This document shows positions 19,370 to 30,281 of a stretch of 64,000 bases of DNA, in pieces (within the stretch, counting starts at the first letter, position 1; each line of letters begins with the position of its first letter). The notes under the pieces are model-generated. The model was not told the origin of the DNA. It was given only the letters and a program-made list of their open reading frames with translations, and ran no database searches. The position numbers and the translations under genes are program-made. Source of the stretch: an uncultured Gemmatimonadales bacterium (GTDB taxonomy: Bacteria; Gemmatimonadota; Gemmatimonadetes; Longimicrobiales; RSA9); contig CAWCUS010000005.1 of assembly GCA_963798845.1 (NCBI GenBank), positions 192,001-256,000 of the forward strand. Reading direction: 5' to 3'.

Positions 19370-21022
19370 CTAGCGCTTGATCCGCTCGCCCGCGTCCTCG
19401 TGGCGGAAGATCCAGGCGGCCAGGCGGCCGGGGCGCACCTCGCGCCCGCGGTCGTGAGGCTCGCGGTCGACGCGGGAGCCGTCGCTGGCGCTCAGCCCGG
19501 TGTTCATCTCGTCGCGGATGGCCCGGAGCCGGTCCCGCCACACGGCCCAGTTCTTCGGCCGCAGGTCGACCCAGCCGTTCTCGACGAGCCTGGGGTCGGC
19601 GGGCGACTGGCCGGGCTCGGGCGCCACCTTCACCACCTCTCCGCGCAGCACCCGCTCGCCGTCCGGTAGCAGGATGGGGAGCCCGATGGTGACGATCCGA
19701 GCCCTCAGCTCGTGGTCCTCGTCCAGCAGCGCGGCGGTGCGCCGGGCGGTGTCCTCGGGGTCCAGCTCCGCGGCTTCGTCCACGCGGTCGAAGAGCCGGC
19801 GCAGGAGCGCGACCTCGAACAGGATCTTGGAGAGGCGGGGCGGCCCCAGCATCTCGTAGGCGACGGATTCCACCCCGTGCTCGCGCTCCAGCGCCTCCAT
19901 CCGGGCCAGCGCCACCTCACGGAGCACGCCCGCCCGGTACGTCGGTCCGGAAGTCGAGGCGTCGAGGGCCGCGATCACGTCGTGGCCGCTCGGATAGCCC
20001 CGGATCTCCCGAACCACGTCCGCGGCGATCTCCTCGGGGGTGATGTACTCCATCAGACCGAGCGCCGTCAGCGTCTCGAACTCGCCCAGGCTGAACAGCC
20101 CGTTCTCGCCCGCGTCAAGGTAGACGCCCTCGAGCGGCTCGGTCGTTGCCCGGAACCCTCGCCCGGCATCCTCTCCGAACGCCGTGTCAAGCGGGAGCGG
20201 CGCGATGGCATCACAGCGCGTGATCCCGCGGCCGTTCTTCCGCACCTCGCCATAACGGATCCGCTTCCAGCTGATGGCCGCGGTCGGCTTGATCTCCTTC
20301 ACCGCCGGGGCACCGGGCGTGCGAGCCATCAGGTAGAGCAGCAGCGTGTGGGCGCCCGCGATGCTCGACTTGGCCAGGAGCATGCGGCTGGGACGCTCCT
20401 CGGAGTGGGTGAACGGGATGTTCAGCCCCATCCCGCCCGTCCCCGCGGTACCGATCTTCAGGTAGAACCTGGTGCCGGCGCGGCTCATGGCCTCCAGTGC
20501 GATCTGCACGTGGCGGATGAGCTGCGGGAGGTACAGTGTCGCGAGGTGCCGCTCCACGACCTCGCGCGTGCATTCCCCGGTCTCCGCTTCCGCGCGCAGC
20601 GCGGTCGCGCTCGCGAACACGTTCTGGTAAGCGAACGCAGTGGCGGTGTTGACGCAGTCCACCACGATCTCCGGCCGGTGACGGTCGAGCAGCGTCGCGA
20701 AGTGCGAGCGCGTGACCACCTCGTCGGTGAGGTCGCCGTAGAGGTCATCGAGCAGCTGGGCGCGCGCTTCGGTGTCGGCGAGCACGTCGTTGCGGCGCCG
20801 GTCCTTCAGTGTGGTGGGCAGGAACATGTCCCCCCATTCCGCGACCACGTCGACGCCGGCGGCTTCCGCGCGCAGCTCGTCCGCGGCCGGCTCCACCTCG
20901 ACCCGGGTCAGCGCGGTGAGCACGATCCTGCCGGGGGCGTGCGGAGCGAGCGCGCGCGCGACGGCGAGGCCCACGAGACCGGAGCCACCCAGCAGCAGCA
21001 CTGTCTTGCCCTGTATGTCCAT
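19370..21022 (-). CDS. Uncharacterised 550-aa protein with N-terminal Rossmann/SDR-like fold
   Basis: VLLLGGSGLVG nucleotide-binding loop; coding-like codon usage; operonic position after rluB. Confidence 0.7.
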   Translation of the reverse strand: MDIQGKTVLLLGGSGLVGLAVARALAPHAPGRIVLTALTRVEVEPAADELRAEAAGVDVVAEWGDMFLPTTLKDRRRNDVLADTEARAQLLDDLYGDLTDEVVTRSHFATLLDRHRPEIVVDCVNTATAFAYQNVFASATALRAEAETGECTREVVERHLATLYLPQLIRHVQIALEAMSRAGTRFYLKIGTAGTGGMGLNIPFTHSEERPSRMLLAKSSIAGAHTLLLYLMARTPGAPAVKEIKPTAAISWKRIRYGEVRKNGRGITRCDAIAPLPLDTAFGEDAGRGFRATTEPLEGVYLDAGENGLFSLGEFETLTALGLMEYITPEEIAADVVREIRGYPSGHDVIAALDASTSGPTYRAGVLREVALARMEALEREHGVESVAYEMLGPPRLSKILFEVALLRRLFDRVDEAAELDPEDTARRTAALLDEDHELRARIVTIGLPILLPDGERVLRGEVVKVAPEPGQSPADPRLVENGWVDLRPKNWAVWRDRLRAIRDEMNTGLSASDGSRVDREPHDRGREVRPGRLAAWIFRHEDAGERIKR

Positions 21023-21047
21023 GGAATCAGAACCCGGTGTTCAGATT

Positions 21048-21779
21048 TCAGCCGCCAATTGAACGGAGCGCTTCGACCTCCTCGCGGCCCAGCTCGCGCC
21101 AATCGCCCGGACGCGTGGTTCCGAGGGAGATCGGACCCAGTCGCTCGCGGACCAGCCGCCGGACCGGATGCCCCAGCGCGTCGAAGATACGGCGAACTTC
21201 CCGCTTTCGCCCCTCCCGCATGACCACCCGCAGCCGCGCGTGTGCTTCGGCGCCCGCGCCCGGGCTCGCCTCCTTCCGCTCCAGCACCTCCAGGCGGTGC
21301 GCCCGCGCGACGCCGTCCTCGAGCTCGATCCCCTGGAGCGCGCGGTCCATCTCGGGGCGATCCAGGTCCCCGACCACGTCGACGACGTAGACCCGGTCCA
21401 CCTCGAAGCTGGGGTGCATGAGCCGGTTCGCCACGTCCCCCTCGTTCGTGAGGAGCAGCAACCCCTCACTCTCGAGGTCGAGCCGCCCCACGTGGAAGAG
21501 GGTGCCGAAGCGTTCCGGCACGAGGTCGTAAACGGTCGGGCGCCCCTGTGGGTCGTCGCGTGTGGTCACGTAGCCGGGCGGCTTGTGCACCAGCACCCAG
21601 ATCGGCGACTCCGGCTCCACCACTCGCCCGTCCACCTCGACCCGGTCCGTGTCCTCGACCTGCGACCCCATCTCCGTCACGAGCTCGCCGTTCACCCGGA
21701 CGCGTCCCGCACGAATCATGGCTTCCGCCGCCCGCCGCGACGCCACGCCCGCCCGGGAAAGGAACTTCTGCAGCCTCAC
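21048..21779 (-). CDS. rluB: 23S rRNA pseudouridine synthase, RluB/RsuA family
   Basis: S4 domain RLQKFLSRAGVASRR, HKPPG, catalytic GRLD and EGRKREVRR motifs; follows scpB. Confidence 0.92.
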   Translation of the reverse strand: MRLQKFLSRAGVASRRAAEAMIRAGRVRVNGELVTEMGSQVEDTDRVEVDGRVVEPESPIWVLVHKPPGYVTTRDDPQGRPTVYDLVPERFGTLFHVGRLDLESEGLLLLTNEGDVANRLMHPSFEVDRVYVVDVVGDLDRPEMDRALQGIELEDGVARAHRLEVLERKEASPGAGAEAHARLRVVMREGRKREVRRIFDALGHPVRRLVRERLGPISLGTTRPGDWRELGREEVEALRSIGG

Positions 21780-22423
21780 GCGCCAGCCGCCCTCTCGTCC
21801 CCGGCCGACTCGGCCAACGCCTCTCCGGCGCCCGCCTCTGCATCCGCTGCCTCCTCGACCGCCTCCTCGACCGTCGGCGCCGCATCCTCGCGCTGTCCGC
21901 GCTCGGCCAGGACCACGGGGAGCTCGTCGGGCTTCGGGAGGTCCTCGAGCGAGGAGAAGCCGAAGTGCTCGAGGAAGCGCGACGTCGTGCCGTAGAGAAG
22001 CGGCCGACCCAACCCTTCGCCCCGGCCGACCACCTCGATCAGACCCACGTCCTGGAGGGTCCTGAGCACGCCGGCGGAGCTGACGCCCCGGATCTCCTCC
22101 ACCTCGGCGCGCGCCAGCGGTTGGCGGTAGACGATGATGGCGAGCGCTTCGAGCGCGGCCCCGCTCAGTCGCGCGTTGCGGGGGACGGTCTCGAAGCGCT
22201 CGAGGTGGGGCGCGTACTCCGGACGCGTGAGGACCTGATAGCCGCCGGCCAGCTCGTAGATCTGGAACGCGCGATCCTGTTCGTCGTATTCGCGACGGAG
22301 CTGGTCCACCGCCGCGCGCACCGCGTCGGCATCGAGGTCTTCCTCGCCGCGCGCGAGGTCGTCCGGGCTCAGCGGGGCGTCGCTGGCGAACAGCAGCGCT
22401 TCAATGATCTGCGTCGACTTCAT
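21776..22423 (-). CDS. scpB: SMC-Scp complex subunit ScpB
   Basis: IIEALLFAS, LS.AALEALAII.YRQP and GRPLLYGTT..FL.HFG motifs. Confidence 0.96.
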   Translation of the reverse strand: MKSTQIIEALLFASDAPLSPDDLARGEEDLDADAVRAAVDQLRREYDEQDRAFQIYELAGGYQVLTRPEYAPHLERFETVPRNARLSGAALEALAIIVYRQPLARAEVEEIRGVSSAGVLRTLQDVGLIEVVGRGEGLGRPLLYGTTSRFLEHFGFSSLEDLPKPDELPVVLAERGQREDAAPTVEEAVEEAADAEAGAGEALAESAGDERAAGA

Positions 22424-23201
22424 TCGCCTGGTCTTCCTGCCACCCGGCTTCGCCGGTGCGGCGGTACAGCCAGAGCGGCGCGAACGGCCGCCCCTGACGG
22501 AGCGCCACCAGGCGCCGTCTCGCCAGCTCGAGCGCAGCCATGAGCGTGGTGACGGCGTGCAGCCGGCCCGGATGCGCCTCGAGGAGCTGCTGGAACTCCA
22601 CCCGGGTCATTCGACCGAGCGCCTCCACGATCAGGTCGAGCTTGTCCTCCAGGGTGACCGTCCGGCTGGCCACGCGGAGAGCTTCGGGCGGCCGCGTGCG
22701 CTCCAGCAGCTCGTACAGGGCGTCCCACACCTCGCCCCAGTCCACATCCAGCTCCTGCTCCGGGCGGTCGGCAGCCGCCCGCGGCGGAACGTATCCCCGG
22801 CCGTAGTGGCGCGCGCGGTCTGCCTGCGCGTCCTCCAGCCGGTCGGCCGCGTCCCGGAAATGCTCGTATTCCAGGAGCCGCCGCACCAGCTCCGCCCTCG
22901 GATCCTCGAGCTCCCCCGACTCGTCCACGCGCCGCGGCAGGAGCATCAGCGACTTGATCCTGATCAGGGTCGCCGCCATTTCCAGGAACTCCCCGGCGCG
23001 GTCCAGGGTCAGGGTCTCCACCCCTTCGATCGCCCGGAGGAACTGCGCGGTGATCCGGGCGATGGGGATGTCGAAGATGTCGATGTCCTGCTCGTGGATC
23101 AGGTGGAGCAGAAGGTCGAGCGGCCCTTCGAACCGCTCCAGCTCCACCACGAACGCGCCCTCGCCGGCGCGCTCCTCCCCCCGCTCGCTCAGGTCAGCCA
23201 T
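22401..23201 (-). CDS. scpA: Segregation/condensation protein ScpA
   Basis: Start MADLSER at 23201; FEGPLDLLLHLI, DPRAELVRRLLEY and A.LEL motifs. Confidence 0.95.
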   Translation of the reverse strand: MADLSERGEERAGEGAFVVELERFEGPLDLLLHLIHEQDIDIFDIPIARITAQFLRAIEGVETLTLDRAGEFLEMAATLIRIKSLMLLPRRVDESGELEDPRAELVRRLLEYEHFRDAADRLEDAQADRARHYGRGYVPPRAAADRPEQELDVDWGEVWDALYELLERTRPPEALRVASRTVTLEDKLDLIVEALGRMTRVEFQQLLEAHPGRLHAVTTLMAALELARRRLVALRQGRPFAPLWLYRRTGEAGWQEDQANEVDADH

Positions 23202-23854
23202 TGCACCAGCGAGAATGCCGCGTCGCTCAGCGCGTACGCGGGCCACAGGAGCACCGAAAAGACCCCCGGCACCAGGAATACGGCCAGCATCAGGATGCCC
23301 AGCCCGTAGCGACCGAGCTGGTGATACCCGGCGCGGAGCGAGGCCGGAAGCAGGTGGAAGAGCACGTGCGACCCGTCCAGCGGGGGAAGCGGGATCAGGT
23401 TGAAGAACGCGAGAATCAGGTTGAGCAGGACGCCCAGCGTTCCCATGTGCAGCGCGACGGTGGCCATGCCCGAGAGAGCCGCGACGCGACGCCCCACCAG
23501 CAGCGCCAGCACCATCAGCCCCATGAACGCAGCCGCGAGCAGGAGGTTCGCCGTGATCCCCGCGAGCGACACGAGGATGTCCCCCTTGCGGTACTCGCGG
23601 TAGTTCCGCGGATTCACCGGCACGGGTCGGGCCCAGCCGAAGAGCATCCCTCCGGGCATGAGCAGGAGCGCGAGCGGGATCAAGAGGCTGCCGATGGGAT
23701 CGATGTGCGGCACGGGGTTGAGCGTCAGCCGCCCAGCCCGCAGCGCCGTCTCGTCTCCCTGCTTCAAGGCCACCCAGCCGTGCGCCACCTCGTGGAGCAC
23801 GATGGAGATGAGCAGCACGGGAAGGAAGATCAGGACCCGTTCGATCCGTTCCAT
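23189..23854 (-). CDS. Site-2 protease (M50) family membrane metalloprotease
   Basis: HEVAH and FNLIPLPPLDG motifs. Confidence 0.94.
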   Translation of the reverse strand: MERIERVLIFLPVLLISIVLHEVAHGWVALKQGDETALRAGRLTLNPVPHIDPIGSLLIPLALLLMPGGMLFGWARPVPVNPRNYREYRKGDILVSLAGITANLLLAAAFMGLMVLALLVGRRVAALSGMATVALHMGTLGVLLNLILAFFNLIPLPPLDGSHVLFHLLPASLRAGYHQLGRYGLGILMLAVFLVPGVFSVLLWPAYALSDAAFSLVQWLT

Positions 23855-23920
23855 GGCCTCGGAAGCTACGCGCGCGCGGGCTCACACGCCACAGCACGGC
23901 GCGGCCGGGGAGCCGGGGCG

Positions 23921-23949
23921 TTGACATCGCCACCGTGGTTCCCTAACCT
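23921..23949 (+). promoter_or_regulatory. Sigma70-type promoter of rpsT
   Basis: TTGACA-17 nt-TAACCT about 45 nt upstream of the TTG start. Confidence 0.75.
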
Positions 23950-23993
23950 TACAGGCTTCCGGAACGCGGAACGAACACGCGGGGAGAGGGACG

Positions 23994-24257
23994 TTGGCGA
24001 ACAGCAAGAGCGCATCGAAGCGAATCCGTCAGAGCGAGCGGCGGCTGGAGCGGAACCGGCAGCAGCGGTCGAAGCTCAAGACGGCCATCAAGAAGGTCAT
24101 GTCGGCGGACGACGGCGAAACGGCGACGCAGGCCTTCAAGCGCGCCTCTGCGCTGCTCGATCGCTTCGCCACGCGCAACCTGGTGCACCGCAACAAGGCG
24201 GCGCGAAAGAAGTCGCAGCTGGCCAGGATCGTCGCGGCCAAGGGTGGGCAGGCCTGA
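23994..24257 (+). CDS. rpsT: 30S ribosomal protein S20
   Basis: MANSKSASKRIRQ...HRNKAARKKSQL; TTG start with purine-rich SD. Confidence 0.97.
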   Translation: MANSKSASKRIRQSERRLERNRQQRSKLKTAIKKVMSADDGETATQAFKRASALLDRFATRNLVHRNKAARKKSQLARIVAAKGGQA

Positions 24258-24285
24258 TCCGCTAGCCACTCCCCTTCGGCAACCC

Positions 24286-24322
24286 GGGGCCGCCGCCGTC
24301 GCATGACGGCGGCGGCCCCTTT
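24286..24322 (+). terminator. Intrinsic terminator after rpsT
   Basis: Perfect 15-bp stem GGGGCCGCCGCCGTC-GCAT-GACGGCGGCGGCCCC followed by TTT. Confidence 0.8.
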
Positions 24323-24439
24323 CTGTATCCTGCCTCCGCGGCGGACCCGGCGAGCAGCAGGCTGCCGGCTCAGCCGCAGCGGACGCCGCTCGCATGGCGC
24401 CCTCCGTCCTGCGCGTGAAGGAGGTCTCCGCGCCTCGCG

Positions 24440-25534
24440 TCAATCGAAGAGGGAAAGCGTGTCGGGGTCGGGACGGCCTGTGGGGTCGGCGGGCGGATCC
24501 GCGGCGGGGTCGCGGGCGCCCTCGTGCTTCAGGAGCTCGCGGCCGAAGGCACGCGAGTAGTCGGTCCACCCGGCCTCGCTGCCGCGGACGAGGTCGATCG
24601 CCTGCTGGAGCTTGGCATCGGTGTCGTCTGCGTGGTGAAGGACGAGCGCTTCGAGCGTGAGCGGCTCGCGCGGGCTCTGCCATTCGTAGCGCCCCTGGTG
24701 GGCGGCCACCAGGTGCTCGACCAGGCGGAGCCGGCTTTCAGGGACCCCCACCCGCCTGCCCGCGTCGTGCACCATCTCGATGCCGAGGAGGATGTGGCCG
24801 AGCAGCTTGCCGTTCGTCGTGTACGGGAACCCGGCTTCGGTGGCGATCTCCCGGACCTTGCCGATGTCGTGGAGGAGGGCGCCGGTGACCAGGAGGTCGC
24901 GATCCACCACCGGCCCGTAATGCGCGGCCATGGCGGCGCACAGGCGCGTGACCGAGATCGTGTGCTCGAGCAGGCCGCCCACGTAGGCGTGGTGGTTCCT
25001 CTTGGCCGCGGGCGCGCGGCGGAACCACTGTCCGGTCTCGGTCTTTGGCCCCAGGAGGGCGCGCAGGAGCTTCCGTAGCGGCGGCTCGTCGACGGAAGCG
25101 AGCAGCTCCATGAGCTCGCTCTCCATTTCGGCGAAGTCGCGGGGACAGCGCGGCATGAAGAAGCCGAGGTCCTCCGGGTCCACGTGGACCCGCTCCAGCT
25201 GCTCGACGTTGACCTGCCGCTCGCCCTTGAACACCTCGACGCGTCCGCGCACGCCCACGTACGTGCCCGGCTGCGCCACGTCGCCCAGCGCCTCGGCGCC
25301 TTCCCAGACGCGCGCCTCGATGGTGCCGTGGAGGTCGCTCAGCCGGAGCCGCAGGTAGGGCTTGTCGTGCTTCGTCCGCGCGAGCGAGGCCACGGTGACG
25401 CTGTAGCAGGCGACGACCCGGTCGCCCGCGTCCATCTCCGCCGCCGGCGGCCAGGGCAGCGGTGCGCCGTTCAGCCACTCGCGCATGGCGACGATGACGC
25501 CGCCGCCGTTCCGCTCGGATCCACGCTCCATCAC
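24440..25534 (-). CDS. yhaM: OB-fold + HD domain 3'-5' exoribonuclease, YhaM/Cbf1 family
   Basis: OB fold (KPYLRLRLSD..G.IEARVW), APAAKRNHHAYVGGLLEH, LLHDIGK and GKLLGH motifs. Confidence 0.88.
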   Translation of the reverse strand: MMERGSERNGGGVIVAMREWLNGAPLPWPPAAEMDAGDRVVACYSVTVASLARTKHDKPYLRLRLSDLHGTIEARVWEGAEALGDVAQPGTYVGVRGRVEVFKGERQVNVEQLERVHVDPEDLGFFMPRCPRDFAEMESELMELLASVDEPPLRKLLRALLGPKTETGQWFRRAPAAKRNHHAYVGGLLEHTISVTRLCAAMAAHYGPVVDRDLLVTGALLHDIGKVREIATEAGFPYTTNGKLLGHILLGIEMVHDAGRRVGVPESRLRLVEHLVAAHQGRYEWQSPREPLTLEALVLHHADDTDAKLQQAIDLVRGSEAGWTDYSRAFGRELLKHEGARDPAADPPADPTGRPDPDTLSLFD

Positions 25535-25543
25535 GCCACCGCC

Positions 25544-26875
25544 TCAGACATGCCGCCTCGCCCGCTCGCGGGCCGAGGCGATTCCGTGATCCGCGCTCCA
25601 GACCAGGCGCCCGCCCACGATCGTCATCCGGTTGCGGCCCTTCAGCGTCCGGCCGGCGAACGGCGTGTTGCGGCTCTTGGAGACGAACTCGGTCGGGTCC
25701 ACCGTCCACTCCTCCGCAGGATCGAACACCGTGACGTCCGCGGGCGCTCCCTGTGCCAGCACCCCGCCCGGGAGGTTGAACGCGCGCGCGGGTGATGTGC
25801 TCATGCGCTGGATGAGCGTGGGCAGATCGAGGACATCGCCGTCCACGAGCTCGGTGAGCGCGAGCCCCAGGGCCGTTTCGAGGCCGACCAGGCCGAACGG
25901 GGCGTCCTCGAACGCCTGCTCCTTCTCGTCGTAGTGGTGGGGAGCGTGGTCGGTGGCGATGCAGTCCAGGGTACCGTCGCGAATCCCCTCCCGCACTGCG
26001 GCGACGTCGACGGCCGTGCGCAGCGGAGGGTTCACCTTGGCCTCCGTTCGGTAGCCCACCACCGCCTCGTCGGTCAGCGTGAAGTGGTGGGGCGTGCCCT
26101 CGGCGGTGACCCGGACGCCGCGCTCCTTCGCCATGCGGATCATGTCGACGCCCCGCCTCGTGGACACGTGCTGGATGTGCACGTGGCCGCCGGTGAACTC
26201 GGCGATGAGCAGGTCGCGCGCGATCATCACGTCCTCTGCCGCCGCCGGGATCCCGCTGATCCCCAGGCGCGTGGACACCACGCCCTCGTTCATGGAACCG
26301 CCGCGCGAGAGCGTCCGGTCCTCGCAGTGGTCGGCCACGGGGATGCCGAACGTGCCCGCGTACTCGAGGGCGAGGCGCATGAGCCCGCTGTCGGCAATCG
26401 GACGACCGTCGTCGGTGATGCCCACCGCGCCAGCCTCCACCATCTCGCCCACCAGCGTCAGCTGCTCACCCTTCTGGCTCACGGAGACGGCGCCGACGGG
26501 GTAAACGCGGGCGGCGCCGGCCCGGAGGCCCTGGGCCAGCACGTAGCCGACGGCCGCCGGATCGTCGATGGGCGGGTCCGTGTTCGGCATGGCGCAGACG
26601 GACGTGAACCCGCCCACTGCGGCCGCCCAGGCGCCGGTCGCGATGGTCTCCTTGTGCTCGCCGCCGGGCTCCCTCAGGTGCACGTGGACATCCACGAGCC
26701 CGGGCGCGACCACCAGCCCGGAGACTTCGTGGACGTCGGCGCCGTCCGGCGCATCGAGCCCCCGGCCGACGCCGGCGACACGCCCATCCGCCAGGAGCAC
26801 GTCCTGGACCTCGTCCACTCCCCGGGACGGATCCACTACCCGCCCACCTTTCAGCAGGATCGGTCGCTCAGCCAT
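25544..26875 (-). CDS. pyrC: Dihydroorotase
   Basis: [21 protein letters not shown] and ATDHAPH motifs; start at 26875 or 26884. Confidence 0.95.
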   Translation of the reverse strand: MAERPILLKGGRVVDPSRGVDEVQDVLLADGRVAGVGRGLDAPDGADVHEVSGLVVAPGLVDVHVHLREPGGEHKETIATGAWAAAVGGFTSVCAMPNTDPPIDDPAAVGYVLAQGLRAGAARVYPVGAVSVSQKGEQLTLVGEMVEAGAVGITDDGRPIADSGLMRLALEYAGTFGIPVADHCEDRTLSRGGSMNEGVVSTRLGISGIPAAAEDVMIARDLLIAEFTGGHVHIQHVSTRRGVDMIRMAKERGVRVTAEGTPHHFTLTDEAVVGYRTEAKVNPPLRTAVDVAAVREGIRDGTLDCIATDHAPHHYDEKEQAFEDAPFGLVGLETALGLALTELVDGDVLDLPTLIQRMSTSPARAFNLPGGVLAQGAPADVTVFDPAEEWTVDPTEFVSKSRNTPFAGRTLKGRNRMTIVGGRLVWSADHGIASARERARRHV

Positions 26876-27839
26876 GGCTGCCATCCGCTTTCGCCGCTTC
26901 CGCACGCTCCGGTGCCCCGCCCGCCAGCAGGTAGAGCACCGCCATCCGCACTGCCACGCCATTCGTCACCTGGCGCAGGATGACGGAATGGGGGCCATCG
27001 GCCACGTCGCTGTCGATCTCCACGCCCCGGTTCATCGGGCCGGGGTGCAGGATCAGGAGGTCCCGGGGCGCGGCGTCCACGCGCTCGCGCGTCACGCCGA
27101 ACACGCGGTTGTACTCGCGCAGGCTGGGCACGTAGCCGCCATGCATGCGCTCGAGCTGGAGCCGCAGCACGTTCAGCACGTCCGCCCACTCGATGGCCGC
27201 ATCGATCCGGTCGAACACCGTGACGCCCAGCTCACCGATCCCGGCCGGGAGCAGCGTGCGCGGGCCACACACGGCCACCTCCGCGCCCAGGGTCCGCAGC
27301 CCGAAGATATTGGAGCGGGCCACGCGCGAGTGGAGGATGTCGCCCACGATGCAGACCTTCACCCCCTCGATCCGCCCCGCGTGGTCGCGGATGGTGAGCA
27401 TGTCCAGGAGCCCCTGGGTGGGGTGCTCGTGGCGGCCGTCGCCGGCGTTGATCACGTTCGACGGGATCCGCTCCGCCAGGAACTGCGCGGCGCCCGAGGA
27501 GCCATGGCGCATCACCACCATGTCGATGCGCATCGACTCCAGGTTCCTCGCCGTATCCACCAGCGTTTCCCCCTTCACCACGCTCGAGCCCGAGCTCGCG
27601 ATGTTCACGGTGTCGGCGCTCAGACGCTTCTCCGCGAACTCGAACGAGACCCGCGTGCGGGTGGACGGCTCGAAGAAAAGGTTGACGATCGTCTTGCCAC
27701 GCAGCACGGGGACCTTCTTGATCTGCCGCTCGCTGATCTCCTTGAACGGCTCGGCCGTGTCGAGGATCCCGCGGATCTGCTCCGCGCTCAGCTGCTCCAG
27801 GCCGACCAGGTCTTTCCCGAGGTACGTGGCCGCACTCAT
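26868..27839 (-). CDS. pyrB: Aspartate carbamoyltransferase catalytic subunit
   Basis: [28 protein letters not shown] and HPGPMNRG motifs. Confidence 0.97.
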   Translation of the reverse strand: MSAATYLGKDLVGLEQLSAEQIRGILDTAEPFKEISERQIKKVPVLRGKTIVNLFFEPSTRTRVSFEFAEKRLSADTVNIASSGSSVVKGETLVDTARNLESMRIDMVVMRHGSSGAAQFLAERIPSNVINAGDGRHEHPTQGLLDMLTIRDHAGRIEGVKVCIVGDILHSRVARSNIFGLRTLGAEVAVCGPRTLLPAGIGELGVTVFDRIDAAIEWADVLNVLRLQLERMHGGYVPSLREYNRVFGVTRERVDAAPRDLLILHPGPMNRGVEIDSDVADGPHSVILRQVTNGVAVRMAVLYLLAGGAPERAEAAKADGSHG

Positions 27840-28390
27840 GCCCCGCCTCCCGCGGGGCCGAGCTCGACGGCCAGGCGACCGTCGATCTCCGGAACGAAGA
27901 CCTCCACGAGGCTCCCTTCCGGCACGTTCAGGTGGCGGCCCACGATGTCCGGGTGGATCGGCAGCTCCCGGCCCCCCCTGTCCACCAGGACGCACAGCAC
28001 GATGCGGCGCGGCCGGCCGAAGTCGGCCAGCTCGTCCATGGCCGCCCTCGCCGTGCGCCCGGTGAAGGCGACGTCGTCCACGATCACCACCACCCGATCG
28101 TCCACGCCGCCCTCGGGCAGGCGCGTCTCCCCGACCACCGGGCGGGGGCCCACCGCCCCCAGGTCGTCGCGGTACAGCGTGATGTCGAGTGAGCCGACCG
28201 GAGGGCGCAGCGATTCTGCTCGCTCGATCTCGTCCGCGATCCGCTGCGCCAGCTGCACGCCGCGACGGTGAATGCCGATGAGCGAGAGCGCCTCGGTGCC
28301 CGCGCTCTTCTCGATGATCTCGCGCGCCATGCGCGCCAGGGCGCGCTCGACGGCGCGCTCGTCCATGATCTGCTGTTGGTTCGCCGCCAT
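27836..28390 (-). CDS. pyrR: PyrR bifunctional pyr regulator/UPRTase
   Basis: [26 protein letters not shown] and DRGGRELPI motifs. Confidence 0.95.
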   Translation of the reverse strand: MAANQQQIMDERAVERALARMAREIIEKSAGTEALSLIGIHRRGVQLAQRIADEIERAESLRPPVGSLDITLYRDDLGAVGPRPVVGETRLPEGGVDDRVVVIVDDVAFTGRTARAAMDELADFGRPRRIVLCVLVDRGGRELPIHPDIVGRHLNVPEGSLVEVFVPEIDGRLAVELGPAGGGA

Positions 28391-28430
28391 TGCCAGCGCC
28401 AGAATGAGTCTGTTTTCGGAAGGTCGTGGG

Positions 28431-28459
28431 AAGGTATTCCGCGCCCCGATCGAGGTCAA
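28431..28459 (-). promoter_or_regulatory. Candidate sigma70 promoter of pyrRBC
   Basis: Minus strand TTGACC-17 nt-TACCTT, 40 nt upstream of the pyrR ATG. Confidence 0.6.
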
Positions 28460-28565
28460 CGTCGCGGGCGCACCGCCTTGCCGTCTTCCCGGCCCCGCCC
28501 GGTTTCGCCCCGTCCTCCCGGATCGTATCTTCGCCCGTCGCCCTTTCCTTTCGCCCCCACCTCCC

Positions 28566-30281
28566 ATGGACGCCTCCGTGATCCACCCGGGATGGCTGAG
28601 CCTGATCCCTCCCCTCGCCGCCATCGTCATGGCCCTCGTCTTCCGGGAGGTGGTGATCTCCCTCTTCACCGGCGTCTGGCTCGGGGCCCTCTTCCTCGCC
28701 CACTTCCACCCGCTCACGGCCACCCTCCGCACCGTGGACACCTACCTCGTCGAGACGCTCGCCGGAGAGGACCCGGCGCACGTCTCCATCGTTTTCTTCA
28801 GCTTGCTGCTCGGCGGAATGGTCGGGGTGATCTCGCGCAGCGGCGGAGTGCGCGGGATGATGGAGAAGGTGGGGAACTCCGCGACCACCGCCCGGCGGGG
28901 GCAGCTGTACGCGGGGCTGGCCGGGCTCCTCATCTTCTTCGACGACTACACCAACGCGCTCATCGTCGGAAACACCCTCCGGCCGGTGACGGACCGCGTC
29001 CGCGTATCGCGGGAGAAGCTCTCGTACATCGTGGACACGACCGCCGCGCCCGTGGCGTCGGTCGCGCTGATCAGCACGTGGGTCGGCTTCCAGATCTCCC
29101 TGATCGGCGATACGCTCCGGCACACCGCTGCCGACATGGCCGATCCGGTGGCGGCCGCAGCGTTGACGGCGGCGGCGGCGAACCCGTTCACCATATTCCT
29201 GCACACGATCCCCTACCTGTTCTACCCGATCCTGACCGTGGTCTTCGTCTTCCTGCTGGCGGCGACCGGGCGCGACTTCGGGCCGATGTTCGGCGCGGAA
29301 GCGCGAGCGGCCCGCGGCGACGGCGTCTACCGGGCCGGCGCCACGCTCGCCGGTGACACGTCAGGCGGCGTCATGGACCCGCCGGAGGACCGCCCCCACC
29401 GCTGGTGGAACGCGGCCATTCCGGTCCTGCTGACCGTGGTGGTCGCGGTGGTCGGGATCTACGCCACCGGCGTGCAGTCGGTGGGAGCCGACGCGGGGCT
29501 GCGCCAGATCGTCGGAGCCGGTGACCCGTACCGGTCGCTGCTCTGGGCTTCGTCCGTCGGCTCCGCCGCGGCGATCGCCCTGGCGGTGGCGCAGCGAGTT
29601 CTCTCGCTCCAGGCGGCGGTGGATGCGTGGGTGGGCGGAATGCGAGTCATGATGGTGGGCATGATCATCCTGATCCTCGCCTGGGCGCTCGGCGGCGTGA
29701 CCCAGAAGCTGGGGACCGGGCCGTACCTTGCCGCGCTGCTGGGCGACACCCTCCCCGTCCACCTCCTCCCCGTCCTCACCTTCGGCACTGCCGCCCTCAT
29801 CTCGTTCGCCACGGGAACATCGTGGGGGACCATGTCGATCCTGTTCCCCGTCAGCGTCCCCCTGGCCGCGGCCATGGGCGCCGGCGCCGGGTTCGGGACG
29901 GGCGACCACTACACCATCCTCCTCGGCGTGATCGCCGCCATCCTGGCCGGGTCCGTCTTCGGCGACCATTCCTCACCGATCTCGGATACCACCGTGCTCA
30001 GCTCCATGGCCTCGGCCAGCGACCACGTGGACCACTTCCGAACCCAGCTCCCCTACGCGCTGGTCGTGGCCGTGGTCGCCATGCTCGTCGGCGACATCCC
30101 TGCCGCCTACGGCCTCCACCCGGCCATCGGCCTCGCCGCGGGCGCGCTCCTGCTCTTCCTGATCCTGCGCGCCATCGGCAAGCCGATCCCGACCGATGTC
30201 GGCCCGGCGGCGGGCGCGTGGACGGCCGACCCGGAGCGAGGCGACGCGCCGGGTGCAACGCTCACGGCGCGTAGCCCGTGA
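28566..30281 (+). CDS. Na+/H+ antiporter NhaC family (NhaC-like transporter)
   Basis: Start [40 protein letters not shown] and [11 protein letters not shown] motifs. Confidence 0.9.
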   Translation: MDASVIHPGWLSLIPPLAAIVMALVFREVVISLFTGVWLGALFLAHFHPLTATLRTVDTYLVETLAGEDPAHVSIVFFSLLLGGMVGVISRSGGVRGMMEKVGNSATTARRGQLYAGLAGLLIFFDDYTNALIVGNTLRPVTDRVRVSREKLSYIVDTTAAPVASVALISTWVGFQISLIGDTLRHTAADMADPVAAAALTAAAANPFTIFLHTIPYLFYPILTVVFVFLLAATGRDFGPMFGAEARAARGDGVYRAGATLAGDTSGGVMDPPEDRPHRWWNAAIPVLLTVVVAVVGIYATGVQSVGADAGLRQIVGAGDPYRSLLWASSVGSAAAIALAVAQRVLSLQAAVDAWVGGMRVMMVGMIILILAWALGGVTQKLGTGPYLAALLGDTLPVHLLPVLTFGTAALISFATGTSWGTMSILFPVSVPLAAAMGAGAGFGTGDHYTILLGVIAAILAGSVFGDHSSPISDTTVLSSMASASDHVDHFRTQLPYALVVAVVAMLVGDIPAAYGLHPAIGLAAGALLLFLILRAIGKPIPTDVGPAAGAWTADPERGDAPGATLTARSP

